A stretch of DNA of 31,515 nucleotides from Chiloscyllium plagiosum (taxonomy: Eukaryota). Each line of letters opens with the position of its first letter. Positions within the stretch are counted from its first letter, which is position 1. A program made the position numbers and the translations under genes. The stretch covers positions 5,253,464 to 5,284,978 of the forward strand of contig NC_057757.1 in NCBI RefSeq assembly GCF_004010195.1, in the 5' to 3' direction. Below the pieces are notes generated by a model. That model saw only the letters and a list, made by a program, of their open reading frames with translations, searched no databases and had not been told where the DNA came from. Shown here piece by piece: positions 12,249-25,230 of the stretch.

Positions 12249-12553
12249 GATTAGATTACTTACAGTGTGGAAACAGGCCCTTCGGCCCAACAAGTCTACA
12301 CCGCCCCACCGAAGCATAACCCACCCATTCCCCTACATTTACCCCTTACCTAACACTATGGGCAATTTAGCATGGTCAATTCACCTGACCTGCACATCTT
12401 TGGACTGTGGGAGGAAACCGGAGCACCCGGATGAAACCCACGCAGACACGGGGAGAACGTGCAAACTGCACACAGTCAGTCGCCTGAGGAATTGAACCCA
12501 GGTCTCTAGCGCTGTGAGACAGTAGTGCTAACCATTGTGCCACCGTGCCGCCC
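12249..12553 (-). mobile_element. HE1-like V-SINE (tRNA-derived)
   Basis: A box TGGCACAATGG, B box GGTTCAATTCC, V-domain GGGTGCTCCGGTTTCCTCCCACAGTCCAAAGATGTGC, CR1-like tail GAAGGGCCTGTTTCCACACTGT. Confidence 0.9.
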
Positions 12554-12847
12554 ACTGCATTTCCTATAAAAGCTATACTTGATACAAGCAGATGCTTGGT
12601 CAGATGTTCTCTTCAACCCATTTTACATTGTTCCCTTGCATCTGGTTTTCACTAAGCCCATTGTGGTAAGGAGGAAGGGCATTTAAGAATTGGACATGTG
12701 GTGTGTCACTGGTGTGTCACTGTTGATCTTAAGTCAAGCCTGAGTGATTAAGTGAAAACCTTCACTAATGAGCATCTGATGCAAAATGTCTCATCTTAGT
12801 TCACAGTAGTTGTGGAACCACTACACAAAGCTGCCTCTACTTTGATT

Positions 12848-13045
12848 GCAAAAGTGAGGACTGCAGGTACTGGAGATTAGAGTCGAGAGTGTGTGCTGGA
12901 AAAGCACAGCAAGTCAGGCAGCATCCGAGGAGCAGGAGAATTGACATTTCGGGCAAAAGCCCTTCATCAGAAATTCCTGCTGTCAACTCTCCTGCTGTTC
13001 GAATGCTGCCTGACCTGCTGTGCTTTTCCAGCACCACACTCTCGA
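12848..13045 (-). mobile_element. Fold-back pLTR element with central hammerhead motif (12943-12970, minus strand)
   Basis: Inverted arms of about 70 nt flank CTGATGAAGGGCTTTTGCCCGAAATGTC (minus). Perfect TSD CTCTACTTTGATT at 12835-12847 and 13046-13058. Confidence 0.85.
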
Positions 13046-13364
13046 CTCTACTTTGATTCTTGTTGAGTCCAGCTTGCTTTAAATCTGGTTGAATAATACT
13101 TGAACATTATAGATGCTATAACCATAGGAAAACCTCAGTTATAGGTAATTAGAGATGCTTAAACTGTATTAAAAGCAATTGCAATTTCAATGATCAGAAA
13201 ATATGCTTAAAATGTAATATTTTCCATTCATTTTACTGTAATGAGGGTCTTCTTGATGAGACCAGTTATTTTCAGCGACATAGCAGCTTTTGTTTACATA
13301 TCAGCTTTACCACAATACAAAATCTCAATGTGCTTCACAGAGGCACAGAAAAACTTTTCTGCAG

Positions 13365-14105
13365 CTGTCAGTGAGACATCAGGATGGTGTTTGCCTCCCT
13401 GGTGCCAGGGTCAAGGATGTCTCGGAGACAGTATAGAGTATTTTGAAAGGGGAAGGTGACCAGCAGAAGGGTATTGTACACGTCGGTACCAATGAAATAG
13501 GTTGTGAAAGGGATGAGGTTCTTCAGAGAGAATATAGGAAACTAGGCAGGAGATTAATAAGTAAGTCCTCGAGGGGACTAATATCTGGACTACTACTGGT
13601 GCCACGTGCTAGTAAGAGAGGAATGGAAGAATGGGAGGTTGAAGAGCTGGTGCAGGGGTCAAGGATTCACCCTTTAGGATCATTGAGATCTCTTCATGGG
13701 TAGAACCAACTTGTATGGTTCTCCCTGAATTGGAATGGGACTAATATCCTTGAGGGAGATTTGCTCATGCTACTCAAGTGGTTTTAAATCAGTAAGGGGT
13801 TTGGTGGGAACCAAAGCGATAGTGAGAAAGAGGAAAAGCTGAGGCAGGTACAGGCGATAAGGGAAGCAAGTCAAATAGTCAAGGCAGACGAGAGCTTGGC
13901 AGAGAACGAGATAGGACCGATAAATTAGACTGCATTTATTTCACTGCAAAATGTCTGACAGGTAAGACAGATGAACTCAGGGCATATTTGGGAACATGGG
14001 ACTGGGATATTATAGCTATTCCAAACGTGACTTAAGGACGGACAGGACTGGCAGCTTAATATTCTAGGGTATTATTACTATTAGAAGGATAAAAAAGGAG
14101 GCAAA
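13365..14105 (+). mobile_element. CR1 LINE 5' part: ORF1 SGNH esterase remnant and start of ORF2 endonuclease
   Basis: LPGARVKDVS, LKGEGDQQKGIVHVGTNEIG and ISGLLLVPRAS, then KTDELRAYLGTWDWDIIAI. Confidence 0.85.
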
Positions 14106-14109
14106 AGAG

Positions 14110-14425
14110 GAGTACTCCAAATGGGGCCTAACCAGAGCTTTATAAAGTCTCAGCAGCACAACGGTGCTTTTATATTCCAACCCTCTTGAGATAAATGACA
14201 ACATTGCATTCGCTTTCTTAATCATGGACTCAACCTGCATGTTTACCTTTAGAGAATCCTCTTCTAGCACTCCCAGATCCCTTTGTACTTTGGCTTTACG
14301 AATTTTCTCACCGTTTAGAAAGTAGTCCATGCTTGTACTCTTTTTTCCAAAGTGCAAGACCTCGCATTTGCTCACATTGAATTCCATCAGCCATTTCCTG
14401 GACCACTCTTCCAAATTGTCTACAC
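14110..14425 (-). mobile_element. CR1 ORF2 fragment
   Basis: LEEWSRKWLMEFNVSKCEVLHFG...LYKALVRPHLEY. Confidence 0.9.
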
Positions 14426-14426
14426 A

Positions 14427-14688
14427 TGAAAGAAGTGAAACTATCACTGTATTCTAACAGATGAAATGCTTAACAGACAATCAATTTTTCAATGTATAAT
14501 TTCAGTTACATCACACTGCAAATTTTTGCTATAAATTCTGTGTTACGATTGAGCCCTCCACAATCACCTGATGAAGGAGCGTCGCTTCGAAAGCTAGTGT
14601 GCTTCCAATTAAACCTGTTGGACTATAACCTGCTGTTGTGTGATTTTTAACTTTGTACACCCCAGTCCAACACCGGCATCTCCAAATC
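14427..14688 (+). mobile_element. pLTR family B
   Basis: Longer copy of 2527-2636 with an intact hammerhead core. PLE assignment is inferred from the motif, as no family B ORF is present. Confidence 0.7.
14565..14599 (+). ncRNA. Minimal hammerhead ribozyme motif (family B)
   Basis: CAC-CTGATGA-A-GGAGC-GTC-GCTTC-GAAA-GCTA-GTG: 3-bp stem I (CAC/GTG), 5-bp stem II, palindromic AGCT, CUA triplet. Confidence 0.7.
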
Positions 14689-15490
14689 TTAAATATACTC
14701 AGTGACCTGGCCTCCACAGCCTTCTGTGGCCATGAATTCCACAGATACACCACTCTCTGGCTAAAGAAGTTTCTCCTAATCTCTGTTCTAAAGGTTCTTC
14801 CCTTTACTCTTAGGCCGTTCCCCTGGGTCCTCACCTCTCCTGCCAATGGAAACATCTTCCCAACGTCCACTCTGTCCAGGCAGTTCAGTGACTTTCAATC
14901 AGATCTCCCCTCATCGTTCTAAACTCCACGGCGTATAGTCCCAGAGTCCTCAAACATTCCTCATCTGTTAAGCCTTACATTCCTGGGATCATTCTCAGGA
15001 ACCTCCTCTGAATCCGCTCCAGGGCCAATACATTTTTCCTGAGGTATGGGGCCCAAAATTGTCACAATATTCTAAATGTGGTCTGACCCATGCCTTGTAA
15101 AGCCTCAGCAGTACAGCCCTGTTTTTATATTCTAGATGAATGACAACGTTGTATTTGCCTTCCTAACTACTGACTTAACCTGCATGTTTACCTTAAGAGA
15201 AACCTGGACTAGGATTCCCAAATCCCTTTGCACTTCCGACTTCCGGATTTTCTCCCCATTAAGAGAATAGTCCATGCCTCTATTCTTCCTACCAAAGTGC
15301 ATGGCCTCACACTTTCCCACATTGTATTTCATCTGCTACTTCTTTGTCCACTCTCCTAACCTATATAAATCCTTCTGCAGCCTCCCCACCTCCTAAATAC
15401 TACCTGCCCCTCCACCTATCTTTGTATCATCTGTAAACATAGCCAGAGTGCCCTCAGTTCCTTCATCCAGATCACTAATGTATAAAGTGT
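14689..15490 (-). mobile_element. CR1 ORF2 3' fragment
   Basis: MKYNVGKCEAMHFGRKN and FRTEIRRNFFSQRVVYLWNSWPQKAVEA. Confidence 0.9.
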
Positions 15491-16795
15491 CAATGGGGGA
15501 GCACTTTGGACAATTCTATTAGTTTTAAAATAGTTGTGGAAAAGAATAGAACTGATTAAAAAGTTAAAGTTCTAAATTAGAGTAAGGCTAATTTTGATGA
15601 TATGAGACAGGACCTTTCAAAAGTTCATTGGGGAGGCTATTCGCAGGTAAAGGGATGATTGGGAAGTGAGAAGCCTTTAAAAATGGGAGAACATGAGAGT
15701 TTAGAGACGGTATATTCCTGTTAGTGTGAAGGGCAAGGCTGGTAGGTATAGGAAATGCTGGATAATTAGAGAAAATGAGACTCTGGTCAAGAAAAAGGAG
15801 GCATATGGTAGGAATAGACATCTAGGATTCAGTAAATCTGGTAATAGATGGGTGTAAGGGCAGTAGGAATATACTTAAGTGGGAAATTAGGAGGGCAAAA
15901 AGGGGACATGAAATAGCTTTGCAAATACAGTTAAGGAGAATCCAAATATTACACATTAATTGCAAAAGAGTAACTAGGGAGAGAATAGGGCTTCTTGAAG
16001 ATCAACGTGGTCATCTATGTGTATAGAACCTAGGAGATGGGTGAGATACTAAACTAAAATTTTTGTGTGGGCAATAATGTCTGTCTTACTTGACTGAGTT
16101 TTTTGAAGAGTTGACAAAGAAGATTGTTATGGCAAAATGGTGGACCTTGTCTATATGAACTTCAGCAAAATGTTTGACAAGGTTCCACATGGTAGACTAG
16201 TTAGCAAGGTTAGATTACATGGGATCTAGGGAGAGCTAGCCAATTGGATACAAAATTGGCTTGAAGGTAGGAGACAGAAAGTAGTGGTAGAGGGTTTCTT
16301 TTTGGACTGGAGGCCTGTGTTCAGTGGTGTGCCACAAGGATGAGTATGCGTTCGCTGCTTTTTGTCATTTATGTAAATAATTTGGATGTGAATATAGGAG
16401 GCATGGTTATTAAGTTTGCAGATGACACCAAAATAAGTGGTGTAATGGACAGTGAAGAAGATTATCTTAAAGTACAAAGACACCTAGATCAGATGAGCCA
16501 ATGAGTGGCAGACGAGTTGGACTGAAGGGTCTGTTTCTGTGCTTGAAATAATTGCGTAGAGGCCAGTATCCTGTCACCAAGTCGCCCTTTATTTACATGT
16601 GTACAGCACACTGGCTGTGGCTAGTTTCCCTTAAGCCAGTCCCTTAAGTGAGGAGATTCTGAATCTCCTGTTTATATCTGTCAGCCAAGGCTCCCTAATC
16701 GGCCCAGGTTAACCGCCCCAATCAAAGATCTCATAGTCAATAAGATCCACCTGATTCCATTCACTACAGTGCAGTATGGCTCTATGACTCTAGAA
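15491..16795 (+). mobile_element. Degraded CR1, probably the continuation of 13365-14105
   Basis: Colinear with 21380-22850 apart from deletions. FDKVPHGRL and FADDTK motifs. 3' tail split by a solo LTR. Confidence 0.85.
16544..16768 (-). mobile_element. Solo LTR (225 bp)
   Basis: TG...CA ends, 5-bp TSD GTGCT/GTGCA, minus-strand TATAAA and AATAAA. Homologous to 25099-26126. Confidence 0.8.
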
Positions 16796-16879
16796 GTGTT
16801 GTAAATCAAAATCTGACTGCAAACCAATTAATCTCCCTCAGTCCCAGCATATTGCAATTAGTACAGGTAATCAAGCAAG

Positions 16880-18270
16880 GAAAGAGAGACTGAGGCAGAG
16901 AGAGAAAACAGTGAACTCGAGGCCAGTTAGCCTGACATCAATCATCGAGAGAATGTTTGGAATCCCTTAAGGAAGTCTCAACAACCCACTTTCAGAGCTT
17001 AGTACTCCAGGTAGCTGAAGGCATGGCCACTGATGGTAGAATGACTAAAATTGGGGAATGCCCAAGGGCCAGAATTAGGGGAGCACAGAGATCCAGAAGG
17101 TAGCAGATTGAACAAAGTCAGCATGGTTTTAAAAAGGGGAAAGCATGTTTGCCAAAATTTATTGGAATTTTGAGGATACAATTAATAAAAAAGATAAAGG
17201 AGAACCGGTATAAACTTGTATTCCAAAATACATCTAATGAAGTGCCACACCGGAGATCGATACATAAGTGAAGGGCTCATGGAGTTTTGGCTAATATTTC
17301 AACATGGATAGTGGAGTCATTTTTAGGGATCAGAGCATAGAGATAAATGGATATTTTCAAGTTGGCAGGTTGTGACTAGTGTAGTGCCACATGTTTCAGT
17401 TCTGGGATGGTTTAAAGTGAAATGGAAATGTAACGTGAGGAGAATGCAAAAAAGCTATGAGCAGATTAATTGAGTACGCAATGAGGTATTTTAAAGAATC
17501 TAATGTGGGAAAATGTGAGGTTATTCATTTTGGTCATAAGAACAGATGACCGAATATTTCTTTAAAAGATGCAAATGTTGATATTTGGAAGCATTTTTAT
17601 AAGGAATACAAAATTCATGGATGTATAGCATGCAATTAGCAAGGCAAAATGCATGTTGGTCTTTATTGCAAAGGTATTGGAGTGTAAGATCAAGGAAGCT
17701 TTGCTTCAGAGCTTTGGTGAGACCACACCTGGAATGATTTGTGCTGTATTAGTCTACACGTCAAAGGAAGGATATATCTATATTTGAGCCAATGCCCCAA
17801 AGGTTCATTTGGATTGGTTCTGGGTTGTCCTGTGATGAGAAATTGAGTAAATTGGGCCTTTACAGTTTGGAAGTTAGAAACATGATAAGAGATAGTAGAA
17901 AAATATGGAAGATTCTGAAGGGTTTGACATGGAAGATACTGAGAGGTTGTTTCCATTGTTCAGGGAATTTAGAATGCAGAAGCATGCTCTCTCAGTAAAA
18001 GGGGAACAATTGTTTAAGACTGAGATGAGGAGGAATTTTATTACACATAGAGTTGTGAACCTTTGGATTCTGTGCCCCAGAGGGTTGTAAATGCTCCAAC
18101 GTTGAACGCATTTAAGGCTGAGAGTGAAAGATGTTTGGTCTCTCAGTGAATCAAGGAAATGTGGAGTCAGCAATAGAATTAGGGCCAATGATCGGCCATG
18201 ATTATCTTGATGACAAAGCAAGGTAGAGGAGGGCTGAATGGTCTACTTCTACTCTAATTCCTTATGCTCT
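16880..18270 (+). mobile_element. Old CR1 RT to 3' end
   Basis: RPVSLTSII, QSQHGF and FKTEMRRNFITHRVVNLW. Confidence 0.85.
16990..17100 (+). repeat. 111-bp direct repeat, copy of 18370-18480
   Basis: Ungapped match with 6 mismatches at an offset of 1380 bp. Confidence 0.95.
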
Positions 18271-18279
18271 TAACACAAT

Positions 18280-19420
18280 ATTAGAGCAATTGATCGAAAG
18301 CTTAGTCAACGAAGTAGGTTTTAGTGACATTCTTAAAATAGGAGACAGAGATGGAGTTCTGGGAGGGAATTTCAGAGCTTAGTACTCCAGGTAGCTGAAG
18401 GCATGGCCACCAATGGTAGAATGACTAAAATTGGGCAATGCCCAAGGGCCAGAATGTGGGGAGCATAGAGATCCAGAAGGGTCATAGGCCTGGAGAAGAT
18501 TACAGAGATAGAGAGGTGTGAAGTTTGCTGGCATTAGATAACATGTATGAGAATTTTAAAATTGAGGCACTGTTTAGATGGGAGCCAGTGCAGCAAGCAT
18601 AGGGGTTGAGAGGTGAAGAGGAGTAAAGACATAGGTAACAGACTTTTGGATAACTTCAAGTCCATGCAGACTCTGGAAGGTCGTCCAGGCATAATTTGGA
18701 ATACCCAGTTCAAGAAGTGACAAAGGCATGGCTGAGGGTTTCAGCAGCAGTGAAGTTGAATGATGTTAGAGAAATGGAAGCGGGTGGTCGGCGTGATGGC
18801 CCAAATAATGTGATTGTCAGCTCAGGACACCATCTTGTGAACTGTCTGGTTTGGTCTCAGCCTATTAGCAATGATGGATTCAATCTCAAGAGTGACATGA
18901 TTTGTAGCAAGGATTAAAGATAGCTTTGGTCTTCCCAATGTCTAATAGGAGAACATTTCTGGCCATACACTCCTTGATGTTGAATTAACAGACTGATAGT
19001 TGAGCAACAGTGCGGCGTCAAGAGCTGAGTGTCATCAGCATACATTGGAAAATGAAAATGTTGCTTTCAGATGAAGTGACTGAGGAGCTACTTGTTGGTG
19101 AGAAATAGATGGGACCAATGATAAATCCTTGGGGAAGTACCAGTAAGAGGAGGATTAGAAGCAACTGCAAGTGCTTCTCTGGGCATGATTAGGTAGATAA
19201 GAATGGAACTGGGTGAGGACAGTCCCACCCAGCTAACCAGTAATAGAGACAATCAAATTGGATTGTACAATGGTATCAAAGCCTACTGACAGGTTGAGAA
19301 GGATGAAGAAGGACAGTCTAATTTGGTCACAAGCCATTTGGTACTGTAGCAAGAGTGGAAACTTAATTGGAAGAATTCAAGCATGGCGTTTCTGGAAACA
19401 TGAGAACAGACTTGGAAGGT
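18280..19420 (-). mobile_element. Old L2 LINE
   Basis: Minus-strand ILLNLSVGFDTI (about 19270-19305), PQGFIIGP and MYADDTQL (about 19022-19045). Confidence 0.8.
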
Positions 19421-19889
19421 GATCAGAACCTTCAAGCGCTATTCAACTGTTCTGTATTTGAAATTGCATCCTAATCTTTGTCTGACTGGTCAGCACTTAG
19501 TAGTCAGACCAGTCATAAAATGAATAATGTAATTTACACTGAATGTGAGATAGATTTTAATACAAGATGGCTGGTGTTGGAGGATTTAAATCAACAATAT
19601 CACTTTCAAACTTCTCACCATCTTCTCTAATTTTATGACTTGATTTATGTCTATGTCATCAAAATGAGGTCACTATGGGAAATGTTTTGGAAACATTGTT
19701 CTAATCTGTACCTAGTATCTATATCTGACACCAGATGTGTACCTTGATGTTAGGTTTGGTATTGTGCCATAATGTGACACCATCACATTGAGTCATTTCA
19801 GTATCATCTTTTTTAAACGATAGTGAATTCACCAGAAGGTATTTTGATGTTGGTTTAGTTGAATAACATCAGACTTGTGGAAACTTGGC

Positions 19890-20310
19890 TATGGCTTAAA
19901 TTCACCACAATTATATCAAAATTTAAAGGGCTAAGTTATAAGGAGAAGTTGCATAAGATTGGTTTGTACTTCCAATTTATTGGAAGCCTTAAAAATTGCA
20001 AAACATTTGGCAAGTTCGATGAAGGAAACTGGTACCTTTGGTGAAATCAATAACAAGGGAAATTATCTTAAATTAAAACAAGGCAATAGCAAAATCACTT
20101 TTTCATATAAAGGATAGTGAAAATGTAGAACACTGTTTCCTCAAAATATTATGAATGTTGTGGTGATTTGGGAGAAATTAGGGGTCAATTTTTAACTTTC
20201 AAGGTGAGGATCGACAGGATTTTGTTAGGTTGCAAGTTAATTCCAGATCAGGGTGATCATTTAACTGAATGGCTGAACAACCTTTAGGGATTGAATAGCA
20301 TCCTGCTGTT
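19890..20310 (+). mobile_element. Very old CR1 3' fragment
   Basis: KFTTIISKFKGLSYKEKLHKIGLY. Confidence 0.6.
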
Positions 20311-21094
20311 CTTTTGCCCAGTTTGTGGAGTGAAGATTCTGAGATTATGTATACCTATTAATATTTTAAAGGTAAATAGGATGTAGGACAAACCATTGAG
20401 CCTGTGTCAATGGCAGATCAATGTAAGCAAAGGTAAAATAGTCACTTGGTAGACATAATTTCCAATTGGACAGCATTTGCTGAACAATCTCAAATCTACA
20501 AGTTACATGAACAACCAGTTTAAGATGTTCTGTCAGGCTCACAATGCGGCTCATTCACACTTGTGAGAAGCAACGTATTTTATGTAGAATTAAAGAACAT
20601 ATTCAGGCATTGTGTCTTTTAAAAGTGAAACAAAAGCATGGGAGTCAATTGCTCCCTGTGCATTCTCCACAGTAACACCTCAACTAGACTTGCCAACCAA
20701 CCAATTAAAATGACTTAATTGCATTTCTCGAGATTAAGAAAGGGATTGATAAAGCTTCAGGTTTATTGTTCACAAAGATAAAAGGTTTAAATACCACAAG
20801 ACGAGTTGGGAGCCAGGAGGGACATCAGGTGAAAGTTTTTGGCCAATAGGAAGAGATTGTCATGAGGAACATTGAATCAGGACCTATGATCAAGAAAACT
20901 TAAGGAATTTGAGGAGAAGAGGGTATTTTTTGAATGGGATGTGGGCATCTTTGTGCAGTGATTGTTCACCATTTCTAAGTGCCCTTAAACTGAGCAGCTT
21001 ACTAGGCCATTTGAGAAGACATTCAACTATGTCACTATGGGTCTAGAGTCACATATTGGCCAGACTGGGTGAGAACTGCAGATTTCCGTCCCTT

Positions 21095-24040
21095 ATTGGG
21101 ATTGTATTATAGACCCCTGAATAGTCAGAGAGAAATTGAGAAACAAATTTGTAAGAAGATCTCAGTTATGTGTAAGAATAATAGAATAGTTATGGTAAGG
21201 AATTTTAACTTTACAAACATAGAGTGAGACTGCCATAGTATTAAGGGTTTAGATGGAGAGGAATTTGTTAAGTGTGTACAAAAAAATTTTCTGATTCAGT
21301 ATGTGGATGTACCTACTAGAGAAGGTGCAAAACTTGACCTACTCTTAGGAAATAAGGCAGGGCAGGTGACTGAGGTGTCAGTGAGGGAGCACTTTGGGGC
21401 CTGCGACCATAATTCTATTAGTTTTAAAATAGTGATGGAAAAGGATAGACCAGATCTAAAAGTTGAACATCTAAATAGAAGGAAGGCCAATTTTGACAGT
21501 ATTAGGCAAGAACTTTCAAATGCTGATTGGGGGCAAATGTTCGCAGGTAAAGGTATGGCTGGAAAATGGGAAGCCTTCAGAAATGAGATAACGAGAGTCC
21601 AGGGACAATATATTCCTGTCAGGGTGAAAGGAAAGGCTGATAGGTATAGGGAATGCTGGATGACTAAAGAAATTGAGGTTTTCCTTAAGAAAAAGAAGGA
21701 AGCATATGTCAGGTATAGACAGGATAGATCAAGTGAATCCTCAGAAGAGTATAAAGGCAGTAGGAGTATACTTAAGAGGTAAATCAGGAGGACAAAAAGG
21801 GAACATGAGATAGTTTTGGCAAAAAGAATTAAGGAGAATCCAAAGGGTTTTCACAAATACATTAAGGACAAAATGGTAACTCAGGAGAGAATAGGGCCCC
21901 TCAAAAATCAACAAGGCGGCCTTTGTGTGGAGCCGCAGAAAATGAGGGACATACTAAATGAGTATTTTGCATCAGTATTTACTGTGGAAAAGGACATGGA
22001 AGATATAGAATGTCGGCAAATAGATGGTGACATCTTGAAAAATGTCCATATTGTAGAGGCAGAAGTGCTGGAAGTCTTGAAACGCACAAAAGTGGATAAA
22101 TTCCCCAGGACCTGATCATGTATACCCTAGAACTCTGTGGGAAGCTAGGGAAGTGATTGCTGGGCCTCTTACTGAAATATTTTTATCATCGATAGTCGCA
22201 GGTGAGGTGCCGGAAGACTGGAGGTTGGCTAACATAGTGCCACTTTTTAAGAAGGGTGGTAAGGACAAGCCAGGGAACATTAGACCAGTGAGCCTGACGT
22301 CGGTGGTAGGCAAGTTGTTGGAGGGAATCCTGAGGGACAGGATGAACATTTATTTGGAAAAGCAAGGACTGTTTAAGGATAGTCAACATGGCTTTGTGCG
22401 TGGGAAATTATGTCTCACAACCTTGATTGAGTTTTTTGAAGAAGTAACAAAGAGGATTGATGAGGGCAGAGCGGTAGATGTGATCTAAATGGACTTCAGT
22501 GAGGCGTTCGACAAGGTTCCCCATGAGAGACTGTTTAGCAAGTTTGGATCTCACAGAATACAGGGAGAACTAGCCATTTGAATACAGAATTGGCTCAAAG
22601 GTAGAGGACAGAGAGTGGCAGTGGAGGGTTGTTTTTCAGACTGGAGGTCTGTGAACTAGTGGAGTGCCACAAGGATCAGTGCTGGGTCCTCTGCTTTTCG
22701 TCATTTATATAAATGATTTGGCTGTGAGCATAAGTGGTATAGTTAGTAAGTTTGCAGATGACACCAAAATTGGAAGTGTAGTGGACAGCAAAGAGGGTTA
22801 TCTCGGATTACAATGGGATCTTGATCAAATGGGCTGATGGGCTGAGAAGTGGCAGATGGAATTTAATTCCAATTAATGCGAGGTGCTGCATTTTTGGAAA
22901 GCAAATCTTAGCAGGACGTAGACACTTAATGGTAAGGTCCTAGGGACAAACAGACCTTGGAGTGGAGCGTCGGAGGCTGACCTTATAGAGGTTTACAAAA
23001 TTATGAGGGGCATGGATAGGATAAATAGACAAAGTCTTTTCCCTGGGGTCAGGGAGTCCAGAACTAGAGGGCATAGGTTTAGGGTGAGAGGGGAAAGATA
23101 CAAAAGAGACCTAAGGGGCAACTTTTTCACACAGAGGGTGGTACGTGTATGGAATGAGCTGCCAGGGGATGTGGTGGAAGCTGGTACAATTGCAACATTT
23201 AATAGGCATTTGGATGGGTATATGAATAGGAAGGGTTTGGAGGGATATGGGCTGGGTGCTGGCAGGTGGGACTAGATTGGGTTGGGATATCTGGTCGGCA
23301 TGGACGGGTTGGACTGAAGGGTCTGTTTCCATGCTGTACATCTCTATGACTCTATGAGTGCAGGTTCATAGCTCCTTGAATGTAGAGTCACAAGTAGATA
23401 GGATAGTGAAGAAGGCATTTGGTATGCTTTCCTTTATTGGTCAGAGTAATGAGTACAGGAGATGGGAGGTCATGTTGTGGCTGTACAGGACATTGTTTAG
23501 GCCACTTCTGGAATATTGCGTGCAATTCTGATCTCCTTCATATCGGAAAGATGTTGTGAAACTTGAAAGGGTTCAGAAAAGATTTACAAGGATGTTGCCA
23601 GGGTTGGAGAATTTGAGTATAGGGAGAGGCTGAACAGGCTGGGGCTCTTTTCCCTGGAGTGTCGGAGGCTAAAGGGTGACCTTATAGAGGATAGGATAGG
23701 GTAAATAGGCAAAGTCTTTTCCCTGGGGTGGGGGAGTTCAGAACTAGAGGGCATAGGTTTAGGGTTAGAGAGGAAAGCTATAAAAGAGACCTAATGGGCA
23801 ACATTTTCACTCAGAGGGTGGTATGTGTATGGAATGAGCTGCCAGAGGATGTGGTGGAGGCTGGTACAATTGCAACATTTAAAAGGCTTTTGGAGGCTAT
23901 ATGAATAGGAAGGTTTTGGAGGGATATGGGCCGGGTACTGGCAGCTGGGACTCGATTTGGTTGGGATATCTGGTTGGCATGGACAGGCTGGACTGAAAGG
24001 TCTGTTTCCGTGCTGTACATCTCTACGACTTCATGACTGT
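21095..24040 (+). mobile_element. CR1 LINE, about 2.9 kb of ORF2 (endonuclease C-terminus, RT, 3' UTR), disrupted
   Basis: [66 protein letters not shown] and FADDTK, with stops and frameshifts. Confidence 0.95.
22965..23355 (+). mobile_element. 5'-truncated CR1 3' end inserted into a CR1 of the same family
   Basis: Duplicates about 23655-24040. The host GACCTTGGAGTG|CAGGTTCATAG is split, with GAGTG repeated at 22960-22964 and 23356-23360. Confidence 0.85.
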
Positions 24041-24714
24041 ATAAAGGACATTAATTAAACCAGACAGTTTTTTTAATGACAGTCATTGTTAGTTTCATGT
24101 CATCATCAGAGACTAGATTCAGTTCCAGTTGAAAATAAATTCCACCAACTGCTCTGTACTCCATAGTTTTCACCTGGACTCCCAGGATTACTAATGTTTA
24201 CACATTGCTAACATTTACACTATGCCTCAAACTCCTCTAAAGGTGTGCAAAGGAGGAAAGTAGGTATAGGGTGAGTGGTTTAAGTGTGTCGTCTGTGTAA
24301 CTATTCAATGTGGGTAATTGATAAGCTGATTAACAAGTTTAAAATGGTTGGTCAATGTAATTTTATGTCTGGTGGTATATTCTGCTACTGAGGTCCAGCT
24401 GTGAGCATCTTGTGTTCCTGCTGAAGCCTCATCATATAATTATTGTGCTGTCTTGGGTCAGTTAGACCAGAATTGTCTTGGACAGTTTGCCAGGTCAATT
24501 AGAGGTTAGGTGCTTTTCTTCAAAGAAAATGGTGATTCCTAATTTAAAGTTAGGTTTTGGTCTGGTGTGTGTTTTTTTGCATTAACAAACCTCAACAAAC
24601 AACTGGTTTACTTCCTTAAGTATTTTGACTGACGCAGAAGTGACCAATGTTTCAAAGTGACCCTTTTTCAGAAACTGAATATCTTTCTATCAGGTATATA
24701 ATTTTGCATTGGGG

Positions 24715-24852
24715 AGGGGTTGGTTGGCTCACTTGGCTCGATGGCTGGCTTACGATGTAGAGTAATGCCAATAGCATGATGTGGTGTCCCTCCGGTCTCT
24801 CTAATGGGAAACCAGTCCAATGTTCTATTAAGACTATGGCAATATAACCTTA
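24715..24852 (+). mobile_element. Degraded SINE related to 7995-8192
   Basis: TGGCTCACTTGG A-box-like start. Shares ATGCCAA.AGC, TCTCTCTAAT and TAAGACTATGGC. Confidence 0.5.
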
Positions 24853-25230
24853 TGATTCCAACATCCAACACCAATCTTCTACCTGCTGTGATTTGTTTTT
24901 AATTATTTAATGTGGGTGTCACAGGCAAGGCCAGAATTTATTACCCATTCCTGGAATTCAGTCATTTGTTTGGCCATTTCAGATGATTACTGTAAGCCTG
25001 GAGTCAGGTGTAGGCCAGACCAGGTCAGATTGGCTGGTTTCCTTCCCTAAAGGACATGTTGTAAAAACCTGTTTGTTACACAAATTGGTGTTAGTTTTTG
25101 TAGTGATTGTAACAAGGTCAGCCAACTGGACCTCAGAATATGAGTTCCCTGACTGGACTTGATCAACAGCCCCAATCAGGGAGACCTGACTGACATAAAA
25201 GGATGAATATCAAGGAGACTGGGCCCCAGA

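Larger units (their letters stand above)
20925..24240 (-). mobile_element. Antisense SINE (same family as 7890-9420) split by the large CR1
   Basis: Halves at about 20925-21094 (...CAGATTTCCGTCCCT) and about 24042-24240 (AAAGGACATTA...). Confidence 0.65.

Noticed and set aside
12470..12553. tRNA gene (A and B boxes), also at about 28430-28506
   Set aside because: These are tRNA-derived SINE heads continuing into the V-domain and a LINE-like tail.
21303..23275. Series of 90-160 aa ORFs as host genes or an active LINE
   Set aside because: Consecutive broken pieces of CR1 ORF2.
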